Position numbers and translations under genes: made by a program. From positions 15,130 through 79,129 of the forward strand of contig JAHQWK010000029.1 of NCBI GenBank assembly GCA_029856145.1: a DNA stretch of 64,000 nt, written 5' to 3'. The DNA comes from Promethearchaeia archaeon. Lineage in GTDB: Archaea; Asgardarchaeota; Lokiarchaeia; Sigyniarchaeales; SOKP01. This document shows positions 48,149-58,245 of this stretch, piece after piece. Below the pieces are notes generated by a model that saw nothing but the letters and a program-made list of their open reading frames with translations, made no database searches and had not been told where the DNA came from. How positions within the stretch are numbered: position 1 is the first letter of the stretch; each line of letters starts with the position of its first letter.

Positions 48149-48460
48149 ATGAACGTTCGTTCAATTTCTTCTCATTCTTTATAACAAGGTAAAAAGAGCT
48201 GTATTTCTTTTTTATTAAAATTAAACAGATTTTTTAATAATCAATATTACTTAAAAATCTTTCGCTGATAAAAAAATTTTATTTATTTAAATAGACATTG
48301 ATAATTAAAGATTTAATGAGCTTAATGTAATAATATCAGTAATCTTATTTTTCGTTGTAAAATGTTTAAATATATAATTATAATTTTATTTTCTTATTTA
48401 TTTAAATCGATGACTATCTAAGTAAAGTGAAGATTAATGATATGGCAAAGCTGATGAATT

Positions 48461-51418
48461 ATGGCAAATAAGAGTCTTTCTAGAATTGAAAAACGCGAAA
48501 TCCAATATTTCGAAGGGTTAGAGATTGGAGCCGTTTCTGTAAAATGGGTTCGTAGAACGCAAAACGGAGAGATATTAAATGAAGTTGTGCGACATGAGGG
48601 TTCTCCAAGAGAAAAGATAAAGAAAATATTTGATCGTTATAATGTTGATATTAATTCAAATATCGTAATAACTGGTCAGGCTACAAGCTTTTTTCTTAAT
48701 TTACCATATATTTCAGAAGTAGAATGTTTAGAAAAGGCATTATCCTTCTATAATCTGAAGCCTGACATTCTGCTCTCACTTGGGGGAGAAACTTTTAGTG
48801 TTTATCCAATGAAGAATGGAATTATTAAAAACATTATATCAACTTCAAAATGTGCTGCTGGTACGGGTGAATTCATTGTCCAACAACTTCAAAGGATGGG
48901 ATTATCTATTGAGGAGGGCATTGAAGCTAGCTCAAAAGGGGATTTTACACAATTAGCGACTAGATGCTCTGTTCACTGTAAATCCGATGCTACTCATAAA
49001 CTCAATAAGGGTGAATGTAAGCCCGAAGATATCGTAAAGACTCTAATCTACGATTTAGCGAGAAAAGTTAGTGAAATGATAGATGCAGCTCAGTGGCCTA
49101 CAAGCTTAATCGTGATTTCAGGAGGAGTTGCGTTAAATAAAGTCTTCATTGAGAATTTATCGAGTTTTCTTCAAAATTCAGAAATCAAAGTATTGCCTGA
49201 AAGTCCCTATCTTGAAGTATTTGGAGCATCTTTATTTGCATCTGAGTTATCAGAATCCTTTATTCAATATGATAATTTATATAAATCATCAAAAGTGGAG
49301 TTTGAGACGTATGATTCACTTAGGAAAGCAGAGAATCTTCTGGATTACCGTGTTAATGCAGACAATAAAATAGAAATAAAAGCAGGACAAAAATATATAC
49401 TTGGTATTGATGCGGGTTCAACTACTACTAAAGCTGTATTATTTAACATTTTAGATGATTCAATAGGGGCAAGTGTTTATTTAAGAACTTTAGGGAATCC
49501 TATTTTAGCTACTAAGAAATGTATCACTGAACTTATAGAGCAAGTAGGTGATAATTCTATAAAATCAATTCAATGCGGAGTAACAGGTTCTGCTAGAGAA
49601 ATGGTTTCAGTTTATTTAGACAATTGTCGAAGTTTTAATGAGATATTAACACATGCCAGAGCCGCAACTGAAGAAGTCCCAAATGTAGATACTGTATTCG
49701 AAATTGGTGGTCAGGATTCCAAATTTATTTCATTTTTAAAAGGTGTTCCGATTGATTACGCGATGAATGAGGGATGTTCTGCGGGAACTGGTAGCTTTCT
49801 TGAAGAGTCTGCATCAGTGGATATGGGGATACTAGTAGAGAAAATCAGTGATATAGCAATAAAAAGTGAGCATCCGATAGCATTTGGTGAACGATGTGCC
49901 GCTTTTATCAATACTGATTTAAGAAATTCGCTTCAACAAGGAGCCAATCCTGACGATGTAGTTGCTGGTTTAGTTTATTCAATTGCAGATAATTATATTT
50001 CACGTATTGTGGGACCACGCCAAATAGGAGAAAATCTTCTTTTTCTAGGGGGTGTCGCTCTTAATAAATCAGTTGCATTAGCTATAGCAGCTCGTTCACA
50101 ACGAAAAGTCATAGTCCCCGCACATCCTGAACTTATGGGAGCAGTGGGTACAGCTCTTATGACACGAGATCTTTTAGAAAATAATATAATATCTGAAGAA
50201 AATTATAAGCTTAAGAATCTAATGAAAGGGGAAATACAAATTAAAAATACTTTCAGGTGTAAAGCATGTGAAAACAATTGTGAGATACAGAACATTTCAA
50301 TAAGAGGAAAGGTTTATCCTTTTGGGGGTTTATGCTCAAAATATAGACTTATACGCCAAAAGAACACAAAAATAAAAGAAGGTCAAGATCTTATAGAATT
50401 AAGAAATAATCTGATATTTAATGAATTTGGAGCTCGTTCCTTAAAGAATCCTCGTGGGACGATAGGTATACCTATGGCTTTAACTTCTCATATCCTATTC
50501 CCTTTATACACAAAATTCATCAACGAGCTTGGATATGATGTAGTATTATCAAATCCTTCAAAAATTGGTAATACTAAAACAAAGGCACCAATATGTTATC
50601 CTTGTGAATTGGTGCATGGAGCAGTAAATGACCTTATTAATCGCAATGTTGATTATATATTCTTACCTCATGTAATTGAAATGGAAATTCCAGATGGCCA
50701 TATTCATGGATATACATGTCCTTCTACGACAACGATTCCTGATATCATTCGCGCAGCTTTTGAGGATGTAAGTGAAAAGATATTGTCACCTCATATCGGC
50801 CTTTCTGAAGCACTTATTGAAACAACTTTAAAGGAGTTTGGCAGAATTGCTTGTTTATTAGGATTAGAAAATAAAGTGGGTATTAATGCAGGGTTTGTAG
50901 CTTTATCTCATTATAAAATGTTTAGAGAAATTTACTATCAATTTGGGAAAAAAAAATTAAAGGATCTATTAAAAAAACCATCGGTAATTATTGCAGGAAG
51001 ACCGTATGTTGTATATCCTCCAGATATTAATATAGCACTCCCTCGGAAGATTGCTAGTAGAGGATATAATGCAATTCCTTCTGATTTATTACCAATTTTA
51101 AATAATGATGCAACTCATACAAGAAATGTATGGGATTTTACTCAAGAGATCAACAATGCTGTAGGATATGTAAAAAAATATCCCAACTTATACATTTGTT
51201 TTGTTTCTTGTTTTTCTTGCGGTCCTGATGGCACTATGTATCATTATTTTCGGCAACAACTTGAAGGACACACTTTTTGTTATCTTGAAATAGATTCTCA
51301 TACAGCCCACGCGGGTTTTGAAACAAGAGTAGGTGCGTTTCTTGATATTATTGAAGAACGCCATCAAAAAAAGGATAAAAATATTAAAAATTTATTAAAT
51401 CAAAGTATTGCAGTCTAA
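48461..51418 (+). CDS. Fused acyl-CoA dehydratase activase (two BcrAD/BadFG ASKHA domains + DUF2229-like domain)
   Basis: GLEIGAVSVK, KCAAGTG, RCSVHC, GIDAGSTTTK, IGGQDSK, MNEGCSAGTGSFLEE, C..C.N.C, FSCGPD. Confidence 0.9.
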   Translation: MANKSLSRIEKREIQYFEGLEIGAVSVKWVRRTQNGEILNEVVRHEGSPREKIKKIFDRYNVDINSNIVITGQATSFFLNLPYISEVECLEKALSFYNLKPDILLSLGGETFSVYPMKNGIIKNIISTSKCAAGTGEFIVQQLQRMGLSIEEGIEASSKGDFTQLATRCSVHCKSDATHKLNKGECKPEDIVKTLIYDLARKVSEMIDAAQWPTSLIVISGGVALNKVFIENLSSFLQNSEIKVLPESPYLEVFGASLFASELSESFIQYDNLYKSSKVEFETYDSLRKAENLLDYRVNADNKIEIKAGQKYILGIDAGSTTTKAVLFNILDDSIGASVYLRTLGNPILATKKCITELIEQVGDNSIKSIQCGVTGSAREMVSVYLDNCRSFNEILTHARAATEEVPNVDTVFEIGGQDSKFISFLKGVPIDYAMNEGCSAGTGSFLEESASVDMGILVEKISDIAIKSEHPIAFGERCAAFINTDLRNSLQQGANPDDVVAGLVYSIADNYISRIVGPRQIGENLLFLGGVALNKSVALAIAARSQRKVIVPAHPELMGAVGTALMTRDLLENNIISEENYKLKNLMKGEIQIKNTFRCKACENNCEIQNISIRGKVYPFGGLCSKYRLIRQKNTKIKEGQDLIELRNNLIFNEFGARSLKNPRGTIGIPMALTSHILFPLYTKFINELGYDVVLSNPSKIGNTKTKAPICYPCELVHGAVNDLINRNVDYIFLPHVIEMEIPDGHIHGYTCPSTTTIPDIIRAAFEDVSEKILSPHIGLSEALIETTLKEFGRIACLLGLENKVGINAGFVALSHYKMFREIYYQFGKKKLKDLLKKPSVIIAGRPYVVYPPDINIALPRKIASRGYNAIPSDLLPILNNDATHTRNVWDFTQEINNAVGYVKKYPNLYICFVSCFSCGPDGTMYHYFRQQLEGHTFCYLEIDSHTAHAGFETRVGAFLDIIEERHQKKDKNIKNLLNQSIAV

Positions 51419-51420
51419 AG

Positions 51421-52821
51421 ATGTCTAAAATAGAACATTCCAAAGATTTAAAAGTATATCAAGTGAATAAAGTCAAACAAGCTCGATTTTCAGAAAATTA
51501 TAAATACATTATTGACAGTGATGGCCAGAATATTGAATTTGACGATCCCAGAATCGTATATGTTGACCCAGAACCTCGTAATCAATACGGAAGGCGCCTT
51601 GTTAAAAATTTATTCAAGAAATATAATCGTAACATTAGAATCAGTAAAGAAACCGATGCATCTGTTTTACAATATGCTAAAAAAATATGTTCTGGAAGAG
51701 AATGTCTTGCTAGTGTTGCTATAGCAGGGGCAGTTTTAAAGGATATTAATGAATATAGAGATGAAAATGAGATCACAATTTATCGAACCCCCATAGATAA
51801 CCATGGTCCTTGCCAGAATGGGGCATGGCCAGTTCTTTGGGAGACATTTGCAAAGAGGTTAAATGTTAAAAATGCAATTTTTTGTGTTTTCCCTAAATAT
51901 ACTAATAATTATTTAGGGTTGAATCGGGATTTATTAGCCTGGGAGAATATTTATTTTGTCATAGGGCAATATATTATCGAAGCAAGAAACGCATTGCATT
52001 GTGTTGCTGTAAGAAAAAGCATTGCTTTAGAATTGTTTGAAGATATAACTAGTGAATTTATCGATAATTTAAAAGAGGGAAAGAAAACATTAAACACTGG
52101 CTTAATAAAATGGGCAAAAGAGGTTGCTAGAATACCCGTTAAAGCTAAAATTGAAGAAACTCCAAAAGTTCTAATCTTTGGGGGGTTGAATTTAATGTTC
52201 GATCATTATCCAATAGAAGATTTTTTTCTTGAAAAGTGTATTATTCCGAAAGTTGTCGATATAGTTGAATCTATGAGTCTAATTTTAGCTGAAAGTACAA
52301 TAAGATATGGATTTAAAAAAGGATTTATCACGCCTAAAGAGCAATTTAATAAACATTTACTTGATTTTCCTGATTCAGATGAGAATGATCAAAGAGAAGC
52401 TCGTCGAGCAAAGAGAAATAATAACGCTTTACAATTTTTAAATTCACAGTGTAAAATTATAAGAAAATTAATGGGAAAATCTGGATTATTATTTGATCCA
52501 TTTATAGATTTTATTGATCTCTTTGAAGAAGGAAATAAATTTGTTTCTTCAAATAGTCTTAGTGAAACTCCGGTAATAACTGGCAGGTTTTTACATTCAA
52601 TTAAGGAAGGAATTTATGATGGTCTAATAAATTTAGGTACATTTAATTGCCAGCCTGCAATGAACTCACAAGCAATTATTCGCCCCTTAGCTAACAAGAG
52701 TGATATTCCTTATGCTGCTATTGATTGTGAAGGCCCATGGATCTCAACAAATCAACGTAGACTTCTTGAAACTATTGCTATTCAAGCAAAGAGAGTCCGT
52801 AAAAAGAAGAATGAACTATGA
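51421..52821 (+). CDS. 2-hydroxyacyl-CoA dehydratase-related subunit
   Basis: CSGRECL, GPCQNG, GLINLGTFNCQP, RLLET; 2 bp downstream of the activase gene. Confidence 0.75.
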   Translation: MSKIEHSKDLKVYQVNKVKQARFSENYKYIIDSDGQNIEFDDPRIVYVDPEPRNQYGRRLVKNLFKKYNRNIRISKETDASVLQYAKKICSGRECLASVAIAGAVLKDINEYRDENEITIYRTPIDNHGPCQNGAWPVLWETFAKRLNVKNAIFCVFPKYTNNYLGLNRDLLAWENIYFVIGQYIIEARNALHCVAVRKSIALELFEDITSEFIDNLKEGKKTLNTGLIKWAKEVARIPVKAKIEETPKVLIFGGLNLMFDHYPIEDFFLEKCIIPKVVDIVESMSLILAESTIRYGFKKGFITPKEQFNKHLLDFPDSDENDQREARRAKRNNNALQFLNSQCKIIRKLMGKSGLLFDPFIDFIDLFEEGNKFVSSNSLSETPVITGRFLHSIKEGIYDGLINLGTFNCQPAMNSQAIIRPLANKSDIPYAAIDCEGPWISTNQRRLLETIAIQAKRVRKKKNEL

Positions 52822-52892
52822 ACTTAAAGAACTTAAAAATTAATACAAACTTAAAAATAAACTTTAACTAACCTTTCTCTTAATTTTTCCTT

Positions 52893-53363
52893 TCAACCAG
52901 AGCCGATTTTATTTGTATTTATGCCATCAAATTCATTAACATACGGTTTTATATCCAATATGGGTGTTTTATCTAAGAGATCGACATTTTGTACATGTAT
53001 CTTATTTTCTTCTATTTTTAGAATTTCTAAAATTGAAAGACCTAAAGGATTGGGACGGAACGGTGTTCGAATAGCAAACACACCTCTTGATTCATTATCT
53101 AAAAAAGGTTTTGATTGAAGTGGGACTGGAAGTTTTACCATATCAAAGAAATATAAGCAATAGAGATGAGAAAAACCGGATAGTTCTTTTAAACCAGCTT
53201 TGTATTCGGAAAAAATTTCAATAGTGCCATTTGTATTAGACAATGATGATTGAGTCGGAATACCTTTAAGAGATTTGAATGGCGTGTGAATAATACCTAT
53301 TGGTTTAAAACAGATTTCTTTTGGAAATTTTCTCTCCTTAAAATCAACTATTTCTCGATTTAT
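52893..53363 (-). CDS. tsaA: tRNA t6A37 N6-methyltransferase TrmO/TsaA, possibly degraded (non-canonical start, late frameshift)
   Basis: FKPIGIIHTPF upstream of the track start; GFSHL, GVFA.R.P.RPNPLGLS, DLLDKTPILDIKPY. Confidence 0.85.
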   Translation of the reverse strand: MNREIVDFKERKFPKEICFKPIGIIHTPFKSLKGIPTQSSLSNTNGTIEIFSEYKAGLKELSGFSHLYCLYFFDMVKLPVPLQSKPFLDNESRGVFAIRTPFRPNPLGLSILEILKIEENKIHVQNVDLLDKTPILDIKPYVNEFDGINTNKIGSG

Positions 53364-53413
53364 GATTTCCTTATTAATAAAAAGAATTTGAAAGAAGATA
53401 AGATTTTTTTATT

Positions 53414-54901
53414 TTAATCTAGTTTTTTTAGAAGATTTAGAAGAAAATTCCAAGTTCTTTCCACTGATTTGATTTCTAATCTTTCATCTGGAGAATGAAG
53501 TCCTTTAGCATTAGCACCAAAAGCGATAGCTTCAATCCCTGGAATTCGATCTATTAAAAGAGTAGCTTCTAACCCTCCATGAATTATTTTTATACCTACT
53601 TCTTCTTTAAATAATTCTTTATAGGCATCTTGAGCGATTTTTAAAAGTTCAGATTTAAAATTTGGTTCCCAAGGAGGATAGCTCCCGCGGAACTTGTTTT
53701 CCATCTCTAGACCTGAAAGTTGTAATAATATTAGAACCTGCTCATAAGTATCATTATTAAAGTATTTACTTAAGCTTCGATGGAGCCATCTAAGTTTAAT
53801 ATGATCTTCTTTCGTCCTAATTTTGCCTAAATTTGTTGAAGTAAACATCAAATCTTTAAATTTAGGATGAAAAGTAATAGGACCATTAGGAAATATATAT
53901 AAAAGATCTAGAAGTTTATTTTGAACATTTTTAGATATTGATTCATTATTCGTAAAATCATCAAGTTTTTCTATTCTTATATTCATGTCTTCTTCAAGTC
54001 CATTAAATTGCTTTTTAATCTCGTTGAAAATCTCAAGAATATACGATTTCATTTCTTCAAACTGGTTTTGCGTAATAAAATATGTGGAATTTGCCTCTCT
54101 AGGAATAGCATTTGCTGCACCACCTCCATGTATAGAATTAATATGAATAATATATTTCTTATTTAATTTCCATAGAATTTGAGACAAAATACTGACTGCA
54201 TGTGCTTGACCCTCATTACATCTTCCAGAATGTCCTCCAACTAGCCCAAAAATGGAAAGCTTAGTTGGTAGAAGTTTTAGTTCATCTAAATCTATAAATA
54301 TAGTTTCTTTTTTGATTCTAGTATGAAAACCTATCCCTCCTGCACAGCCAATTGTAATTGATTTTTCACCAGAATCAAGATTTATTAAATATTTACCTTT
54401 TGTAAGGTTTGGATCAATGTTTTTTGCTCCACCCATATCATATTCTTCACGGACAGTGAATAATAGATCTAATCCAAGTGAATCGAACTTTAACTTATTC
54501 TCGTGAATTTTTTTCATTAGAGTCAATAAATAACATATTCCTACGCCATTATCCGCTCCTAACGTTGTTTTTTCTGCTGTGACCCATTTCTTGTTATCAA
54601 TTTCTATGATTTTTAGTTTTAGAGGATCTTTTGAAAAATCGTGGATAATGTCTTCATTTTTTTCACAAACCATATCCATATGACATTGCAAAACGCATTT
54701 TAATTTCTGATTCATTGCTGGAATTTTAACGACAATATTACCTATTTCATCAATTTGAGATATGAATCCGAATTTTGCTGCTTCTACTTTTATAAAATCT
54801 CTAATTTTATCTTCATGCCTTGATTCCCTAGGAATTTTGGAGATTTGATTAAAATAATCCCAAAACTCAGTAGGGTGTCCCAAATCTTCTAAGTTCAACA
54901 T
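53414..54901 (-). CDS. pepD: M20C aminoacyl-histidine dipeptidase
   Basis: IPRES..E, LQCHMDMVCEKN, TTLGADNG, INLDS, GGHSG, NAIPRE, IHGGLE, HSPDE. Confidence 0.9.
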   Translation of the reverse strand: MLNLEDLGHPTEFWDYFNQISKIPRESRHEDKIRDFIKVEAAKFGFISQIDEIGNIVVKIPAMNQKLKCVLQCHMDMVCEKNEDIIHDFSKDPLKLKIIEIDNKKWVTAEKTTLGADNGVGICYLLTLMKKIHENKLKFDSLGLDLLFTVREEYDMGGAKNIDPNLTKGKYLINLDSGEKSITIGCAGGIGFHTRIKKETIFIDLDELKLLPTKLSIFGLVGGHSGRCNEGQAHAVSILSQILWKLNKKYIIHINSIHGGGAANAIPREANSTYFITQNQFEEMKSYILEIFNEIKKQFNGLEEDMNIRIEKLDDFTNNESISKNVQNKLLDLLYIFPNGPITFHPKFKDLMFTSTNLGKIRTKEDHIKLRWLHRSLSKYFNNDTYEQVLILLQLSGLEMENKFRGSYPPWEPNFKSELLKIAQDAYKELFKEEVGIKIIHGGLEATLLIDRIPGIEAIAFGANAKGLHSPDERLEIKSVERTWNFLLNLLKKLD

Positions 54902-55014
54902 TAATATCGCCGTAAAGTATAAAATTTAATATTTGATTAAAATAAATTGTAAAATATCACTAAATATAATTAAACTTTCACATATTTAAAAATAAATTTC
55001 AAAGGATTTTGATT

Positions 55015-55290
55015 ATGCCACAAGTTGGTTATCGAATTGTTGGAACAATAAAAGAAATAAAAGGGCATTGTCATGCAGGTCATAATGTAGGAGATAAAAT
55101 AGAGTTAGATGGACATGACTCAGGAGGATTATGTGGATTCTTTTATCATGACATTTTTCCTTATGTTATCATGCTTCAATTTGGGGGTTCTTTACCTGAT
55201 TCTTGGGGTGAAGATCCGGATATTGTAGAATGGGAATGTCCTGATAGAACTAATGCTGTGAAAATTGAATTAAAACGAATTAGAGATTAA
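55015..55290 (+). CDS. Small Cys-containing protein, TIGR04076-like
   Basis: KGHCHAGHNVGD, GLCG..YH..FPY...LQFGG, ECPD..N.VK.EL.R. Confidence 0.75.
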   Translation: MPQVGYRIVGTIKEIKGHCHAGHNVGDKIELDGHDSGGLCGFFYHDIFPYVIMLQFGGSLPDSWGEDPDIVEWECPDRTNAVKIELKRIRD

Positions 55291-55484
55291 ATGTGGAATC
55301 ATTAATATCTTTACGGTTTAATGGATGATTAAAACTTCTCCATATTTGTTGGAAAATGAATGATACAAACTTTTAGCATTTATTTCTATTTTTCTATGAA
55401 AAGGATTATATAAATATGAATTAATTAATATCAATTATAATAAAAAAAATATAAATATCTCCTCTAAATTAAAAAATTATATAA

Positions 55485-56153
55485 ATGAATGATATAATAA
55501 GTAGTAATCATACCCAAAGTCAAGAAGATTTATTTAAAAAGATATTAATAGTATGTCCTGAGTGTAAAAAACAAAAAATATTAAATATTCCTTCAAAAAT
55601 AATAGAACAAAGTCAACACATCACTACAATTAGCATTCCTACTGGATTAGTCTGCGCACACCACTTTCAAGCATTTGTTGATAAGAATTGTGCATTAAGA
55701 GGATATCAGTTAGGAGATTTTGAATTTTCAAAAATAGAATATATTGAAAGCATTGATGTTGAAAATACACAAGAAAGGGATGAGGATATCAGTGAATTTA
55801 CTTCACTACCATTATTTCAAGAGATACTTACTCTTTTAAGAAAAAGTGTAGATGATAGAGAAATATTAGGGTGTGCAATATTTACTTCTAACGGAAAAGT
55901 TATTTATTCATCGATTCCACATAACACCTTACTTAATACAATTAAAGAATTTGAGGTAAGAAACGAGAAAAAGCTTCATAGTATAACAAAAATGTTGCTT
56001 GAATTAAGAAATCAACAAAAGGTTTGTTCAGAATACATTAAAATTCTCGATAAAGAATTTATTTTAGTTATACTGTTTTCAGAAATCGTAAACTTTGCAA
56101 TTGGGAGTATGTATCTAAAAAAAATTGTAAATAAAATGATAAAATTAACTTAA
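55485..56153 (+). CDS. Zn-binding domain + roadblock/profilin-like domain protein
   Basis: CPECK...VCAHHFQAFVDKN..LRGY; C-terminal EILGCAIFTSNGKVIYSS...FILVILFS...AIG.MYLKKIV. Confidence 0.7.
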   Translation: MNDIISSNHTQSQEDLFKKILIVCPECKKQKILNIPSKIIEQSQHITTISIPTGLVCAHHFQAFVDKNCALRGYQLGDFEFSKIEYIESIDVENTQERDEDISEFTSLPLFQEILTLLRKSVDDREILGCAIFTSNGKVIYSSIPHNTLLNTIKEFEVRNEKKLHSITKMLLELRNQQKVCSEYIKILDKEFILVILFSEIVNFAIGSMYLKKIVNKMIKLT

Positions 56154-57028
56154 TTTTTTAAATCAGAAGAAAGATATACTTCTCCTTTACTTAAATATGA
56201 AATTAAATCTGTAAATTCTTGACTATAATTTTCTGAGTTTTGAAGATATCTTAAGACCGATTCATTTTTATTAACATATTTTTTGGATAATTTGGTTGTG
56301 TATGGAACTATTCGAACAATAGAAGGGAATAGGAATAAAGTTAAAATTTCTAATGAGTAATAAAAAAATCTTTCTAAATAAGGATTAATTGTTGAAATAA
56401 TCTTTTCAAAATTTTGATTTGATTTATTTGTTTTAAATGTCAGATATATATTATTTAATTTTTCTACCTTTAATTTACTATAGTAGTATTGAGTTATACT
56501 CTGCTTCTCTAAAATTTTTTGATAAATCTCCTTAAGTTCAGTATTCATAATATTTTCATCACCTAATCTGAGAAAACATGATCTATATTCAGAGTCTCCA
56601 GTCATAATAAGAATTTCTGGAATATCTTCTACTTCCACTGTTTTTAATATTTTTAATAATTCGAGATAGCTTAGAAGTCGGGAATCAAAAATCTCTTCCA
56701 TTGATTTATCATCTTGATTATTTGAGGTATATTCTAAATTCCGTAATAAGAATAGATCTAAGTTTTTAAATTCCTCATTTTCCTCAAAGATTATGCCTAA
56801 TATTCCCTCTTTTTGAGTTCTTCTATCTAGACTTCCAGTATAACACGAAACGCTTTTATAGTGATCAAATTTGATTTCAATTAGATGAGATGATTCAAAG
56901 CTTGCATGTGACATATATAATTTCGATATAAATTCTTGGGGTAATGTAATTGGACTTGTAAAATAAGAACACTTAATTTCCGGACCCCTTATTTCATTGT
57001 GAATTAAAAAAAATATACCTCTTGGCAT
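56150..57028 (-). CDS. Putative longin/uDENN-like domain protein
   Basis: N-terminus GIFFLIHNEIRGPEIKCSYF resembles the hydrophobic-strand-GP start of uDENN/NPRL2-type longins; 14 bp downstream of the Rag-like gene. Confidence 0.55.
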   Translation of the reverse strand: MPRGIFFLIHNEIRGPEIKCSYFTSPITLPQEFISKLYMSHASFESSHLIEIKFDHYKSVSCYTGSLDRRTQKEGILGIIFEENEEFKNLDLFLLRNLEYTSNNQDDKSMEEIFDSRLLSYLELLKILKTVEVEDIPEILIMTGDSEYRSCFLRLGDENIMNTELKEIYQKILEKQSITQYYYSKLKVEKLNNIYLTFKTNKSNQNFEKIISTINPYLERFFYYSLEILTLFLFPSIVRIVPYTTKLSKKYVNKNESVLRYLQNSENYSQEFTDLISYLSKGEVYLSSDLKN

Positions 57029-57042
57029 TATATCCTTACCTC

Positions 57043-58242
57043 TTATTCAACCCATAATTTTCTAAGTTGTTGAGTAACTTCTTGGCCTACGCTTTCTATT
57101 TCCTTTACTAAATTGTTATTCAAAGCCTCTGGTGATAAAATAATTATAAGTATTAAATCTTGATTTACATCAGTTATTAATAAGCTATTTGATTCAGTTT
57201 TTAATTTAAACTCCTTGAATTTTTCAAATTCCATATTCTTTGTTACTTTATCAATAGTAACAATTAATAAAGAAATCATCCCGATAATAACGTCTTCTTC
57301 CATTACATCAATCGTAGATCCACATGCGAGTCCGGAGCTTCTTTCAATTACTAATGAATCTTTGACTCCATGTTGATTTTTTAATTGGTTTAAGATTGAA
57401 TTAATAAATGTACTTTTAGGAGAGAGTTCTCGAATTATATCACTCCACGCTTTAAATAGGGATTCATCAAATATCGATGTTAAGTTATAAAAGATATCAT
57501 ACGATATATTTTTAGAAAGAACATTTTTTATATGTGAAACAACTGAATCTTTGTCATGAATAAGATCTGATTTATGCAAGAAAACATTTAGTTTTGCATT
57601 CGGATTGTGTGAAAGGATTTGATCAACAGCCCATTCAAATTCAATCCTGGAATTCTCAAATCGATCATAATCGGTTATATCAATTACATATAGTAATATT
57701 GAAGCTTTTCTAAAGATATTATCTCTTAAAGGCCCATGATATTCATCAAGGTATTGCTGTTGACCTCCTAGATCCCAAATAACTGGTTTTGACATGGAAC
57801 CAATTTCATAGTCTTTATAGGAAATTCCTTTGGTGGCTGCTTGATGTACTAATTCCCAAGGCTTTTTTCCTTCAAAAACACGTTCATAGATACAAGTTTT
57901 TCCAGCATTCGCGAGCCCCATTAATACAATTTTTTTCATATTGTTTGTTGGAGTTGCCTGAAATTCTTCAAGCATTTCAGAGACGGTACTTTCAACAAAG
58001 GATATATCAGCTCCAGGACTCAAATCTTTTAATTCTTCTTTAACAATTAATTCTAGCCTATTACGAGGAATAGTCAAATTTTTAATTTCAAAAAATTTTT
58101 GTATGTTTTCTATAATTTCTTCTTCTGTTAGTTTTGACTTCTCAAAAATTATCTGATTTCTATACCACATTTTTAGATTAAGTTTATCGTCACTCGTACT
58201 CATAATCCCTATATGATATAATGTACCTGGAATTTTCTTCAT
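57043..58242 (-). CDS. Gtr1/RagA-like GTPase with C-terminal roadblock domain and N-terminal extension
   Basis: KIVLMGLANAGKT, ATKG, WDLGGQ, FLHKSDL, TSIFDESLFKAWSDII, LVIERSSGL. Confidence 0.88.
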   Translation of the reverse strand: MKKIPGTLYHIGIMSTSDDKLNLKMWYRNQIIFEKSKLTEEEIIENIQKFFEIKNLTIPRNRLELIVKEELKDLSPGADISFVESTVSEMLEEFQATPTNNMKKIVLMGLANAGKTCIYERVFEGKKPWELVHQAATKGISYKDYEIGSMSKPVIWDLGGQQQYLDEYHGPLRDNIFRKASILLYVIDITDYDRFENSRIEFEWAVDQILSHNPNAKLNVFLHKSDLIHDKDSVVSHIKNVLSKNISYDIFYNLTSIFDESLFKAWSDIIRELSPKSTFINSILNQLKNQHGVKDSLVIERSSGLACGSTIDVMEEDVIIGMISLLIVTIDKVTKNMEFEKFKEFKLKTESNSLLITDVNQDLILIIILSPEALNNNLVKEIESVGQEVTQQLRKLWVE

Positions 58243-58245
58243 GAT

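Noticed and set aside
52893-52895. Possible selenocysteine readthrough of the tsaA TGA
   Set aside because: The expected continuation (WLKGK) is in another frame, so a 2-nt insertion explains it better
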